From the IMG/VR virus record IMGVR_UViG_3300029819_000014, positions 1 through 38,236 of that record: a stretch of DNA of 38,236 bases. One strand, 5' to 3'. The notes beneath the pieces were generated by a model, which was not told where the DNA came from, made no database searches, and was given only the letters and a program-made list of their open reading frames with translations. A program made the translations under genes and the position numbers. Source of the stretch: a virus. Of the stretch, positions 17,596 to 26,024 are shown one piece after another. Every line of letters begins with the position of its first letter. The stretch's first letter is position 1.

Positions 17596-18578
17596 AATTT
17601 ATTGCAGCTACTCCCTTTGGAGAGGAAATTGACTACATGAGCGAGGTGTGTGAGATTGATGTTGATTTAGGTGATACGAATGACTTCCAATTCCAGTTGC
17701 CAGTTTCCGAATGGACAAAGAGAAAGTATTGGTATGAGAATCGTATTTTTATACCTGATACAGAGTACGGCGGGATCATTGACGATATACAGTCTGATGG
17801 ATATGAGCTGACCTTTGGTGGATTGACATGGAGAGGTCTGCTTACGAAAAAAATTGTAGAGCCACCGACTGGGAAAGACCACCTTGTGCTGAATGGAGAA
17901 TTAAATAGTATATTGAGAGAATTGATAAAGGACCGATTCGATGGTCTTTTTTTTGTTCCGGAAATCTCTACTGATGTAGCGGTTAAGGATTGGCAAGTGG
18001 ATAGGTATGTGACGTTATATGATGCAATTACAAAGCTACTGACAGCTTATAAGCATCGTTTACAGATATCTTATATAGAGCCTGATGGACTTGATTACGG
18101 ATATGTAAGCCTTCAAGCTGTTCCGATTACGGACTTTTCAGAAGAACTAGAGTATTCGCAGGAATCCGAACAGATATCTCTTACAATAGAAGATTACAGG
18201 GGCGGAATAAATCATTTGGTTTGTGCCGGCGAGGGACAAAACGAAGAACGTGTGGTATTACATCTTTACGTGCAAGAAGATGGTAGTATTGGCAAGACGC
18301 AGTTTTATAAAGGCTTGGCGGAGCGTGCAGCGGTTTATGATTTTTCAAGTGCAGATCTAGCACAACTGGAAAAAGATGGAACAAGCCGATTAAAAGAACT
18401 GCAGAACTACAAAAAATGCAATCTTGCAGTAGACGATGGAGACTACGAAATTGGAGACATTATCGCTGGTTACGACACCGTGACAGAAACATACGTACAA
18501 AAGCCGATTATCGGAAAGATACTGAATATACAAGGAAACACTGTGAAAATCGAATATAGAGTAAAAGGAGATGATTAG
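17583..18578 (+). CDS. Tail-associated / baseplate hub protein (Gp37-like, putative)
   Basis: 331 aa directly after Dit. GAGGAG lies 9 nt upstream of GTG 17583. Confidence 0.6.
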   Translation: MSELKFIAATPFGEEIDYMSEVCEIDVDLGDTNDFQFQLPVSEWTKRKYWYENRIFIPDTEYGGIIDDIQSDGYELTFGGLTWRGLLTKKIVEPPTGKDHLVLNGELNSILRELIKDRFDGLFFVPEISTDVAVKDWQVDRYVTLYDAITKLLTAYKHRLQISYIEPDGLDYGYVSLQAVPITDFSEELEYSQESEQISLTIEDYRGGINHLVCAGEGQNEERVVLHLYVQEDGSIGKTQFYKGLAERAAVYDFSSADLAQLEKDGTSRLKELQNYKKCNLAVDDGDYEIGDIIAGYDTVTETYVQKPIIGKILNIQGNTVKIEYRVKGDD

Positions 18579-19439
18579 ATGGGATTTAAAGGACTTACGT
18601 TAAATACACCGCCGGAAGAGACAGCACATATTTACGCAGAAGACGATGCTGCTATCTTCCAGTCTATTGTGGGGGGAGATGGAGTATTCACGCTCGGCCA
18701 GCAGTGTAAGGCAACTACACTCAGCAACAACAAAGTGAGAATTGCAGATGGTGTTCTGATTGTAGGTGGACATTTTGCGAGAATACCGTATGGAGAATAC
18801 GAGGACTGCGAAATTGAAAATGGAGAGTCAGGAAAGAAAAGAAATGACATTATTGTGGCAGTATTTGAAACAACCGGAACAGGCGGAATTGATAAGATGC
18901 ATTGCACTGTTAAAAAAGGAGTTGCAGGGTCTACCGCGGTAGATCCGGAGCTTAAGCAGGACGATATTTACAACAACGGAAAAATCAGAGAGTTACCTCT
19001 TTACAGGGTAAAAATCGAAGGATTAAGTATCGTTGCTGTAGAGCAAATGTTTAAACTAAAATCTGATATGTCTACGCTAAATAAAAGTTTGTCTGATATT
19101 AAAGACCACGTCACCGAGAGTGGCAAAACGCAAATAGGCTCTACCGGAAGGTATAACTACTACGAAAAGTACGCAAGTGGAAAGCTAGTGCAGTGGGGAG
19201 TAGCAAACTACTCGTATACGGAAGGTTTTGGAAGAATGACTTATCCAATACCTTTTTCCGGAAGTACAGATAATTATATGCTGTTTGTGCAAGGACAATA
19301 TATGTCCGGGAAAGTTGTCGAGATAATGGTAGCATCTAAACATTCAAACAGCCAAGGGTATGCGTATGCTCTATATTCCGATAACAAAAGACCCGATACA
19401 CATAATTTTGACTGGTACGCAATTGGACGATGGAAGTAG
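18579..19439 (+). CDS. Tail/baseplate structural protein (putative)
   Basis: 286 aa. ATG abuts the upstream stop. Call rests on structural-module context only. Confidence 0.5.
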   Translation: MGFKGLTLNTPPEETAHIYAEDDAAIFQSIVGGDGVFTLGQQCKATTLSNNKVRIADGVLIVGGHFARIPYGEYEDCEIENGESGKKRNDIIVAVFETTGTGGIDKMHCTVKKGVAGSTAVDPELKQDDIYNNGKIRELPLYRVKIEGLSIVAVEQMFKLKSDMSTLNKSLSDIKDHVTESGKTQIGSTGRYNYYEKYASGKLVQWGVANYSYTEGFGRMTYPIPFSGSTDNYMLFVQGQYMSGKVVEIMVASKHSNSQGYAYALYSDNKRPDTHNFDWYAIGRWK

Positions 19440-19452
19440 AAAGGAGAACAGT

Positions 19453-19845
19453 ATGGAATTAATTTTTGCAGATGCAACAAAAATACAAATTCAGTCAGCA
19501 CAGGAGACAGGCGAAAAATTAGAAATTAAGGTTATACAAGTTGCGCCAGCGCAATTGCGGGAACTCTTCACAGACCCGGTAAAGACAAAAATCATGCGCA
19601 TCACAGAACGCGAACAAAATATTGCCGAATACGAGGGCTATACGGAGTTTTACCGCACGGAAGAGTACACAGGTGGAATTTATGGTGTAGTTATTAATCA
19701 AGTTGGAAAGAGTTCGGAAGAACGGATAAAACAGCTTGAAACGGAAAACGCAGCGTTAAAAGAAGCCTTAGTAAATGCAAATACGCAGATTACAGACCTG
19801 CAGGGTGCCATCTGCGAACTATACGAAATGGGGGTGCAGAAATGA
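19453..19845 (+). CDS. Hypothetical tail-module protein with C-terminal coiled coil
   Basis: AAGGAGAA lies upstream of ATG 19453, in frame with track ORF 19360..19845. Confidence 0.5.
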   Translation: MELIFADATKIQIQSAQETGEKLEIKVIQVAPAQLRELFTDPVKTKIMRITEREQNIAEYEGYTEFYRTEEYTGGIYGVVINQVGKSSEERIKQLETENAALKEALVNANTQITDLQGAICELYEMGVQK

Positions 19846-19961
19846 TCTACATTGCGAAAGTGTATGCGGATTTAATCCGGAAAGAAGAAAAGAATATCGA
19901 AGACGTACCTGAGAAAATCCGAGAACAGGTAAGAGAGATTTTGGAGGCGGAACAAGGATGA
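19842..19961 (+). CDS. 39-aa XkdX/CD1375-like mini-protein
   Basis: ATGA overlaps at both ends. MIYIAKVYADLIRKEEKNIEDVPEKIREQVREIL resembles the small proteins found next to Firmicute phage fibres. Confidence 0.5.
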   Translation: MIYIAKVYADLIRKEEKNIEDVPEKIREQVREILEAEQG

Positions 19962-21799
19962 TAATCGTAGATTTTAAAGATGAAAACTATAAAAGTGTGA
20001 CTGGTCTATGGCAGTGTGACTACGGGCAAGTATTGCGTATACAAGGTTTAAATCTTCCAAAAGCCGTAGAAATACATTTCTCTCTGCAAGAATCCGGCGG
20101 AGAAGCTAAAAAGAGGGTTGGATTTACCAAAGACGGTGCGACTGATGTAGTGATTCCGGAATCCATGTTGGAAAATGAGGAACCCTTAGGAAATTATGAT
20201 ATTTTTGCTTTTATTTATTTGACGGACGACACAAGCGGACAGACGGAATACAAAATCTGTATGCCGGTTAAGGCGCGACCAAAGCCGGAGGCGTTTGACA
20301 AGCCGGAGGACGGAGAAATCTTCCGCGAAGCAATCAAGGCTGTCAATAACGCTGCTGATCGTGCAGAGACAGCAGAGAAACAAGCCGGAGAATATGCAGA
20401 GCAAACGAAAGCCGATGCAATTAAAACCGGAGAAGATAGAACGGCAATTGCAGAAATGGTCGAATCTGTATCCGGCATCGGAGAACAGGTCGAAACTGTA
20501 AAAGAGTATAAAGAACAGGCACAGACAGCCGCAACAAATGCTCTGTTATCCGAGCAAAAATCAGAGCGGGCAAAGGAATTAACTTTGCAAGCACAAGCAG
20601 GTGCAGAGACAATGGCAGACGAAGTAGAGCAACACGCTCTTGAAGTCGCAGGAGACAAGTCGGAAGTGGAACGACTAGCGACACAGGTGCGACAGGATAA
20701 ATCCTCTGCGGAGCAGACCGTGCAAGAATTTGGAAGTACGGTACAGCAAGCGGAGCAGTCTATAAATACAGCTAAAACAAAAGCAGTAGAAGCTGTAAAT
20801 GCTACCAAGACCGATGCGGTTAAAGCGGTACAAACGGAGGGAGCGAAGCAAGTACAAGCGGTACAGGCCAAAGGGCAAGAGGTTATTAATTCCATTCCAC
20901 AGGATTTCCCAACGCAGATGGCAACAAAGTTGGATAAGCAACAGGGGACTGAGAACGCTGGAAAAGCCCTTGTTGTTGGGAAAGACGGAAATGTCGTACC
21001 GGGAGAGGTGCAAAACGGTAGAATGAAATTACTTGTTAGGTATACGCACAAGGCGAATGGCTCGATGGAATTATCCAATTTGGACTTACAAACAGGCACA
21101 TTTACAACAAGTGAACCGCATGGATTAAAAGAAAATACCGCATTGTATATAAAACCCTTAGCAGGTTGCTTGCCGAAGCACATTCCGATTGAAATTTTTA
21201 AAAACAATCCTGGTCAGTGGGGAAGAGGTAATATATACGCACATGTTATAGACGATTTTAATTTTCAAGTTTTGTCCAAGAAAGATGGAGACATCTTACG
21301 GTTTACAAACGCCACAAACAGTGAAGTAGATGTAAAATACTTTACATTTGAGTACAGCATGAAAAAAATAACACTTGATAATATAAATAGTAGAGTAATA
21401 GATGTTGTCGCAAACGGAATATGTTCGGGAGGATATTTTGCAGTAAAGGCTACTACGAACTACGGAAATACTTATTCTACGAGAACAAGTTCGAATACGT
21501 ACTCATTTTTTAGTACTGGTCAAACGCCTGCACATTATCATTATGCCTGTAGAATGATGTTTGATAAAGGAATTGTAACCGCAACGATTCCAATCGTAGC
21601 AATGTCCCTAGATGGAACGTCATACTCAAACAACAATGTAAACAAGATTGGAAGAATGTACACACGTACGGTATTTGGAATGGGGATGGAAGCGAATCCA
21701 AACGCAGAAAAAGAAAATGGATATATAAAATCCATTCATCCATTTGCAGAAGAGGTTTATCCGTTTAATGGTGCTTACGTCGAAATATGGGGGGTATGA
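19958..21799 (+). CDS. Tail fibre / receptor-binding protein (BppU-N-like N-terminus, central coiled coil)
   Basis: 613 aa. Ala/Glu/Gln-rich helical segment at roughly aa 130-310. Distinct C-terminal globular part. Confidence 0.75.
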   Translation: MIIVDFKDENYKSVTGLWQCDYGQVLRIQGLNLPKAVEIHFSLQESGGEAKKRVGFTKDGATDVVIPESMLENEEPLGNYDIFAFIYLTDDTSGQTEYKICMPVKARPKPEAFDKPEDGEIFREAIKAVNNAADRAETAEKQAGEYAEQTKADAIKTGEDRTAIAEMVESVSGIGEQVETVKEYKEQAQTAATNALLSEQKSERAKELTLQAQAGAETMADEVEQHALEVAGDKSEVERLATQVRQDKSSAEQTVQEFGSTVQQAEQSINTAKTKAVEAVNATKTDAVKAVQTEGAKQVQAVQAKGQEVINSIPQDFPTQMATKLDKQQGTENAGKALVVGKDGNVVPGEVQNGRMKLLVRYTHKANGSMELSNLDLQTGTFTTSEPHGLKENTALYIKPLAGCLPKHIPIEIFKNNPGQWGRGNIYAHVIDDFNFQVLSKKDGDILRFTNATNSEVDVKYFTFEYSMKKITLDNINSRVIDVVANGICSGGYFAVKATTNYGNTYSTRTSSNTYSFFSTGQTPAHYHYACRMMFDKGIVTATIPIVAMSLDGTSYSNNNVNKIGRMYTRTVFGMGMEANPNAEKENGYIKSIHPFAEEVYPFNGAYVEIWGV

Positions 21800-21805
21800 T
21801 GAATA

Positions 21806-21991
21806 ATGGCTGAAATGATTGTATATGATGTGCAAACACAACGACAAGAAATTGTTGAATATGACGAACCTGTAATTGATGAACCGATTGAGCAAGAACC
21901 AACGCTGGAAGAAAAGGTTGCGGCACTGCAAGAAGAAAATACAATGCTGACTGCATGCATATTAGAGATGTCGGAGCTGGTGTATAAATGA
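21806..21991 (+). CDS. Hypothetical acidic protein
   Basis: 61 aa following the fibre gene. Confidence 0.5.
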   Translation: MAEMIVYDVQTQRQEIVEYDEPVIDEPIEQEPTLEEKVAALQEENTMLTACILEMSELVYK

Positions 21992-22032
21992 TAACAAATT
22001 TAATTTTATTTTTAAACAGAAAGGATGATTTT

Positions 22033-22161
22033 ATGATGGCAATGCTGTGGGCACAACAAATTATGTTAGGCAAAAAGGAGTTTAAGGACGTACCGAGACT
22101 GTTAAAAGAGCAAGTGAAAGAAATTCTGATTGATTCCGGCATGGGCGAACTTGCTGAGTAG
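22033..22161 (+). CDS. 42-aa XkdX/CD1375-like mini-protein (paralogue of 19842..19961)
   Basis: AAAGGA lies 8 nt upstream of ATG 22033. KEFKDVPRLLKEQVKEIL parallels IEDVPEKIREQVREIL in the other copy. Confidence 0.45.
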   Translation: MMAMLWAQQIMLGKKEFKDVPRLLKEQVKEILIDSGMGELAE

Positions 22162-22170
22162 GTGGCGTAA

Positions 22171-22254
22171 ATGGGATATGTATTGACTTTTGCCGCAGGG
22201 GCGCTATTTGGTGTGTTTGTAATGTGCCTAGTGCAGATCAATAAAGACGAGTAG
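22171..22254 (+). CDS. 27-aa hydrophobic peptide (putative)
   Basis: MGYVLTFAAGALFGVFVMCLVQINKDE. AGGTGG lies upstream. Very short. Confidence 0.3.
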   Translation: MGYVLTFAAGALFGVFVMCLVQINKDE

Positions 22255-22279
22255 AGGTGACAAATATGGAAATCAGAGC

Positions 22280-22303
22280 GAGACCGTAAGGGTCTTATTT
22301 TTA
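22280..22303 (+). terminator. Rho-independent terminator
   Basis: GAGACC-GTAAG-GGTCTT hairpin followed by ATTTTTAT. Confidence 0.6.
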
Positions 22304-22332
22304 TGGCATAAAATAGTAAAGGAGAAGAAGAA

Positions 22333-22629
22333 TTGGGAATCGTAGCAAATATTGCGATCGCAGTAATTACACCTCTTTTGGGATATATTGTATGGCTGTT
22401 AAAAAATCAGAAAAAGGACAGAGATGCGAATAGCCAAGGAACGATGATGCTATTGCGGGTGCAACTTATCGAATACCATGACAAGTACATGAAATTGGGG
22501 GAAATCCCGTCATACGCTTACGAGAACTTCTGTGAAATGTACAATGCGTATCATGCACTCGGTGGGAATGGAATGGTAACAAAAATGAAACAGGAAATCG
22601 AAGAATTACATTTAAAAAAGAAAGGTTGA
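22333..22629 (+). CDS. N-terminally membrane-anchored protein of the lysis module
   Basis: AAGGAG lies 8 nt upstream of TTG 22333. One N-terminal TM segment (IVANIAIAVITPLLGYIVWLL). Overlaps the holin start. Confidence 0.6.
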   Translation: MGIVANIAIAVITPLLGYIVWLLKNQKKDRDANSQGTMMLLRVQLIEYHDKYMKLGEIPSYAYENFCEMYNAYHALGGNGMVTKMKQEIEELHLKKKG

Positions 22630-22865
22630 TGAATATGTTTAAAAATAGCGTATTAAAAACAAGTGTAGACACAAAGAGATGGTTAAAGGCTGCCGGAATC
22701 CGTGCGGTTAAAACGATGGCACAGGCTGGTATTGCTGGAATCGGCGCAGCAGCTGCAATGGGACAAGTAGACTGGAAATATGTATGCTCGGCAGCTGTGC
22801 TTGCAGGAGTAGTTAGTGTACTTACATCGGTAGCAGGTATCCCGGAGGTTTCAGAGGGCGAGTAA
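22626..22865 (+). CDS. Holin (phi LC3-family-like)
   Basis: 79 aa. Two hydrophobic segments (AGIAGIGAAAAMG; AAVLAGVVSVLTSVAGIPE) and a charged C-terminus. Lies upstream of the endolysin. Confidence 0.75.
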   Translation: MMNMFKNSVLKTSVDTKRWLKAAGIRAVKTMAQAGIAGIGAAAAMGQVDWKYVCSAAVLAGVVSVLTSVAGIPEVSEGE

Positions 22866-22902
22866 TCGTCCTCGCACATAAAATGAAAGAGAGGAAAAGA
22901 AC

Positions 22903-23421
22903 ATGGGAATGAAATTTAAACAAGCACTTGAAGAAATGAAGAAAGGAATCCCGATGAAACTGCCATCATGGGGAGGATATTGGTGCTGGGATGATGAGAA
23001 ACAGACGATTATCATGTACACGAAAGACAATCAGAGATTAGATATCCGAGAAACGCAACGAGTTGAATATACGTTGCAGAACATTCTCTCGGAGGAATGG
23101 ATTCCAGCAGACGGCAATAATTGTCCAATACTTGGAGGAGAACTAAAAATGTCTTTCGGAGTAGCATTAGAATTGCTGAAAAAAGGAGTAAAAGTAGCAC
23201 GTGAAGGCTGGAATGGAAAAGGGTTATTTGTAGTTTATCAGAAAGCATACCCACAGGGAATTCCATGTAATAAGCAAACGGCAGAGGTGTGGGGATTAAA
23301 AGAAGGGGATTTATTCAAATGTGAACCGTACTTACAAATCAATACAGTGGATGGATCGCACGCAATGTGGGCTCCGAGTATTAGAGATTGTTTGGCGAAC
23401 GACTGGGTAATTGTAGAGTAG
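22903..23421 (+). CDS. Tandem DUF2829 (Tad2-like) protein
   Basis: 172 aa. The C-terminal half MSFGVALELLKKGVKVAREGWNGKG...WAPSIRDCLANDWVIVE fits the DUF2829 pattern. The N-terminal half FKQALEEMKKGIPMKLPSWGGYW...ILSEEWIP is a second, degenerate copy. Confidence 0.7.
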   Translation: MGMKFKQALEEMKKGIPMKLPSWGGYWCWDDEKQTIIMYTKDNQRLDIRETQRVEYTLQNILSEEWIPADGNNCPILGGELKMSFGVALELLKKGVKVAREGWNGKGLFVVYQKAYPQGIPCNKQTAEVWGLKEGDLFKCEPYLQINTVDGSHAMWAPSIRDCLANDWVIVE

Positions 23422-23435
23422 AAAGGAGAATTACT

Positions 23436-24356
23436 ATGGGAAGAACATATAACGTACATGCAGGACATTGTCCACAGGGGCAAGGAGCAAGTGGAGCAGT
23501 CGGCATCTTGCAGGAATCTGCAGAAGATCGTGCAGTAAAAAACGAAGTAATCCGTCTGTTAAGAGCAGAAGGGCACACGGTATATGACTGCACGTGCGAC
23601 GAAAATACAACAAAGCAAGGATGCCTGAACAAAATCGTTGCAAAGTGCAACCAACACAGCGTGGATTTAGATATCAGCCTACATTTAAACAGTGGGCGAA
23701 ACGATTATGGCGGAGACGGAAGTACAGGTGGTGTCGAGGTATGGAACTACGATACTGGAACACAGGAAATCTCGGACAGAATCTGTGAAGCGATTGCAAC
23801 AGAGTTAGGAATCCACAACAGAAGGACGAAATACGACAAGGACTTATTTGTACTGGCAAATACAAAGTCAAAGGCGTTGTTAGTAGAGTGTTGCTTTGTT
23901 GATGATGCAGACGATGCGAAAGTGTGGGATGCAAAGCGCTGCGCAAAAGCAATCGTAAGGGGTATTTTAAATAAAGAAATTAGTGGAACAACAGGAGGTA
24001 GTACAGTGAGTACAGTAAGAAGAATTGGACCAGGGTCAGCACATCTTAACAGTGACTGCCCTATTTATGATGCAACATGGAAAAATGTCATTATCAATGC
24101 CAAGCAAGGAGATCACATTACCGTACTTGATTCGGGTACAGAAGGTGTAAAAGTAAGACACAACAGCACAGTGGGATACATGCATTGCAAATATGTCATG
24201 CCGGACATCAAAAAAGGCGACAAGTTACGTGCGGTTGAGGACATAACGGTCACAATCAAAAAGGGGACTCAATTAGTATCTCAGGACGGCGGTTACATGG
24301 GCAATATCGTAAACGGCAACTTTATTATCAATTCAAAATCAGTCGAGAAAATCTAA
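23436..24356 (+). CDS. Endolysin: N-acetylmuramoyl-L-alanine amidase (Amidase_3-like) with C-terminal SH3-like wall-binding repeats
   Basis: AAGGAG lies 7 nt upstream of ATG 23436. N-terminal NVHAGHCPQGQGASG...ISLHLNSG...GVEVW pattern. Confidence 0.9.
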   Translation: MGRTYNVHAGHCPQGQGASGAVGILQESAEDRAVKNEVIRLLRAEGHTVYDCTCDENTTKQGCLNKIVAKCNQHSVDLDISLHLNSGRNDYGGDGSTGGVEVWNYDTGTQEISDRICEAIATELGIHNRRTKYDKDLFVLANTKSKALLVECCFVDDADDAKVWDAKRCAKAIVRGILNKEISGTTGGSTVSTVRRIGPGSAHLNSDCPIYDATWKNVIINAKQGDHITVLDSGTEGVKVRHNSTVGYMHCKYVMPDIKKGDKLRAVEDITVTIKKGTQLVSQDGGYMGNIVNGNFIINSKSVEKI

Positions 24357-24364
24357 ATAACACA

Positions 24365-24388
24365 GCCCCATCTCAGAAGAGGTGGGGC
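24365..24388. terminator. Bidirectional terminator hairpin between convergent operons
   Basis: GCCCCATCTC-AGAA-GAGGTGGGGC, a 10-bp stem with one G-U pair. Sits between the endolysin stop and the stop of the reverse-strand gene. Confidence 0.65.
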
Positions 24389-24394
24389 GAAATA

Positions 24395-24718
24395 TCAAAT
24401 ATCTGATCTATGCTTTTCACGAGATTGCTTGATCCTCAAAGCGTTTACAGACATATTCTCGTTATACACAGGCCTCTGCCTTGGGAGATACGCCTGTACT
24501 GTTTTTGGACTCAAGCTCATTTCTTTTGCTATTTCATCCGCATTTTTTCCCGCCTTGAATTTATTTAATATCTCGGCGTGCGTCTCGGACAATATGTATC
24601 CGTTGCTAGATAGAGCTTTTACAACGCGATTCCAAGAATATCCAGTATCTTTCGCAGTACCTTTTACGGACTGCAGTATTTTATATGATTCTAAAATTTT
24701 CTCCTCTGATTTCTCCAT
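24395..24718 (-). CDS. HTH DNA-binding protein (sigma-r4/resolvase-HTH-like)
   Basis: 107 aa. NADEIAKEMSLSPKTVQAYL helix-turn-helix. Last gene of the reverse-strand operon. Confidence 0.65.
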   Translation of the reverse strand: MEKSEEKILESYKILQSVKGTAKDTGYSWNRVVKALSSNGYILSETHAEILNKFKAGKNADEIAKEMSLSPKTVQAYLPRQRPVYNENMSVNALRIKQSREKHRSDI

Positions 24719-24719
24719 G

Positions 24720-24908
24720 TTAGAGGCCTTCCTTTTCTATTTTGTATTGTATTAAGCTTAATAAATAGTCCGGGCATTTCCTAGCCCCCGACTTCCAATC
24801 CTGCACCGTGCGGTACGGGATTTCAAAATAGTCGCTGAACTGCTTCATGTTCATGCCGGAATTTTCTAATACTTCCCGGAATTTTTCGTTATTAATTGGA
24901 TTTTTCAT
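24720..24908 (-). CDS. Small HTH protein (62 aa)
   Basis: ATG 24908 is in frame with track ORF 24720..25028. MNMKQFSDYFEIPYRTVQDWKSGARKCPDYLL is a typical short HTH. Confidence 0.65.
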   Translation of the reverse strand: MKNPINNEKFREVLENSGMNMKQFSDYFEIPYRTVQDWKSGARKCPDYLLSLIQYKIEKEGL

Positions 24909-25242
24909 CTTTTTTCTTCCTTTCCTCTTTTCTCTTCTTTTCTTCCAGTTCCTCAACCGTGTATAAATGTGCAATGTGCGGTCTTCCACTTTCGTCCATC
25001 GCCCGGAACGCTGGATGTCCATTAACATCTGTCAAAACATCATTAATTTCATAGCACCAACCCCACGGAGATTCTGCCATTATATTTCCCATTTGATTTT
25101 TATACAGTTCCCACTCATTCGGGACAAGAACCGTCATTTCATCAGAGCATGTAGCGTGCACATGCTCTCCACCATAAGTATAAACTTTTCTTTTTTCTGC
25201 GGCTAAAACGCCGTAATTTTTATAAATTTTAATTTCCTGCAT
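24892..25242 (-). CDS. Hypothetical protein with Lys/Glu-rich tail
   Basis: 116 aa. RBS AAAGGAGA. No recognisable motif. Confidence 0.6.
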   Translation of the reverse strand: MQEIKIYKNYGVLAAEKRKVYTYGGEHVHATCSDEMTVLVPNEWELYKNQMGNIMAESPWGWCYEINDVLTDVNGHPAFRAMDESGRPHIAHLYTVEELEEKKRKEERKKKDEKSN

Positions 25243-25260
25243 AAGTATGTCTCCTTTCTT

Positions 25261-25749
25261 TTAATACCATTCTTCAAATTCTTTGGAATCCTTGAAATGA
25301 ATTAGACGTTCATATTCATCGTATTCTTTCCAGTATTCATATCCGTCAGAACCTTTGTGATGAATTTCATTGCCATATTCATCGTATTCTTTCCAATATT
25401 CATATCCACTAGAATCTTGGAAGTGAATTATATTACCGTTTTCATCGTATTCCTTTGATTCTTTGCAACCATTAGAATCCTCGAAAAGAATTTCATTGCC
25501 ATTTTCATCGTATTTTCTAAAAGATTCATATCCGTCAGAACCTTTATAATGTATAAGGTTACCGTTTTCGTCGTATTTTCTAAAAGATTCATACCCCCAA
25601 GAATTTTTATAATTAATCATATTACCATTTTCATCAAATTCCTGATGATGTTCGTATCCATAAGGAGTCTTGCAATGAATTTCATTGCCGTTTCCATCGT
25701 ATTCATGTAAGTATCCGAATAATTCTTCTTTTCTTATTTCATTGCTCAT
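25261..25749 (-). CDS. Stand-alone repeat protein: 7 x 21-aa YD/RHS-like (or MORN-variant/YwqK-like) beta-hairpin repeats
   Basis: ATG 25749 after AGAGGAAAG. Repeat unit YDENGNxIHxKxSxGYExxxE occurs seven times back to back, mirrored by a 63-bp DNA periodicity. Confidence 0.75.
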   Translation of the reverse strand: MSNEIRKEELFGYLHEYDGNGNEIHCKTPYGYEHHQEFDENGNMINYKNSWGYESFRKYDENGNLIHYKGSDGYESFRKYDENGNEILFEDSNGCKESKEYDENGNIIHFQDSSGYEYWKEYDEYGNEIHHKGSDGYEYWKEYDEYERLIHFKDSKEFEEWY

Positions 25750-25796
25750 ATTCTTTCCTCTTTCTCCCCGTAGCCAATAGGTCAGCATTAGATTTA

Positions 25797-25988
25797 TTAA
25801 CCGATGTGTCTCACTGTGATGTTTTGTTCGATCACATATTCTGTGTCGATTTTCTCTACTTTGATTACTGCGTAGTTTTTATAGTCGTTCTGATCTATTT
25901 TTAATTCCTTTCCGCTCTCGTCAAAAAGGTTGCTCGGTCTCATTTCTTCTAAAAAAGTTTCTTCCATGTATTTTTCTAAGTTCATCAT
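25797..25988 (-). CDS. Hypothetical protein (63 aa)
   Basis: ORF in operon context. No recognisable motif. Confidence 0.5.
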   Translation of the reverse strand: MMNLEKYMEETFLEEMRPSNLFDESGKELKIDQNDYKNYAVIKVEKIDTEYVIEQNITVRHIG

Positions 25989-26024
25989 TTTTCTTTACCT
26001 TACTGCTTTCAGTAGTTCCTTTCT

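Noticed and set aside
20215-21207. 330-aa reverse-strand ORF inside the tail-fibre gene
   Set aside because: It is a low-complexity Ser/Cys/Ala/Thr-rich shadow of the Ala/Glu/Gln-rich coiled-coil coding region. It has no RBS and lies fully inside a well-supported plus-strand gene.
19958-21799. Diversity-generating retroelement targeting the fibre C-terminus
   Set aside because: There is no reverse transcriptase gene in the window, and no template/variable repeat pair could be found by eye.
21765-22241. 158-aa reverse-strand ORF after the fibre gene
   Set aside because: It overlaps several short plus-strand genes with coupling signals (ATGA overlaps, RBSs). It has no RBS of its own.
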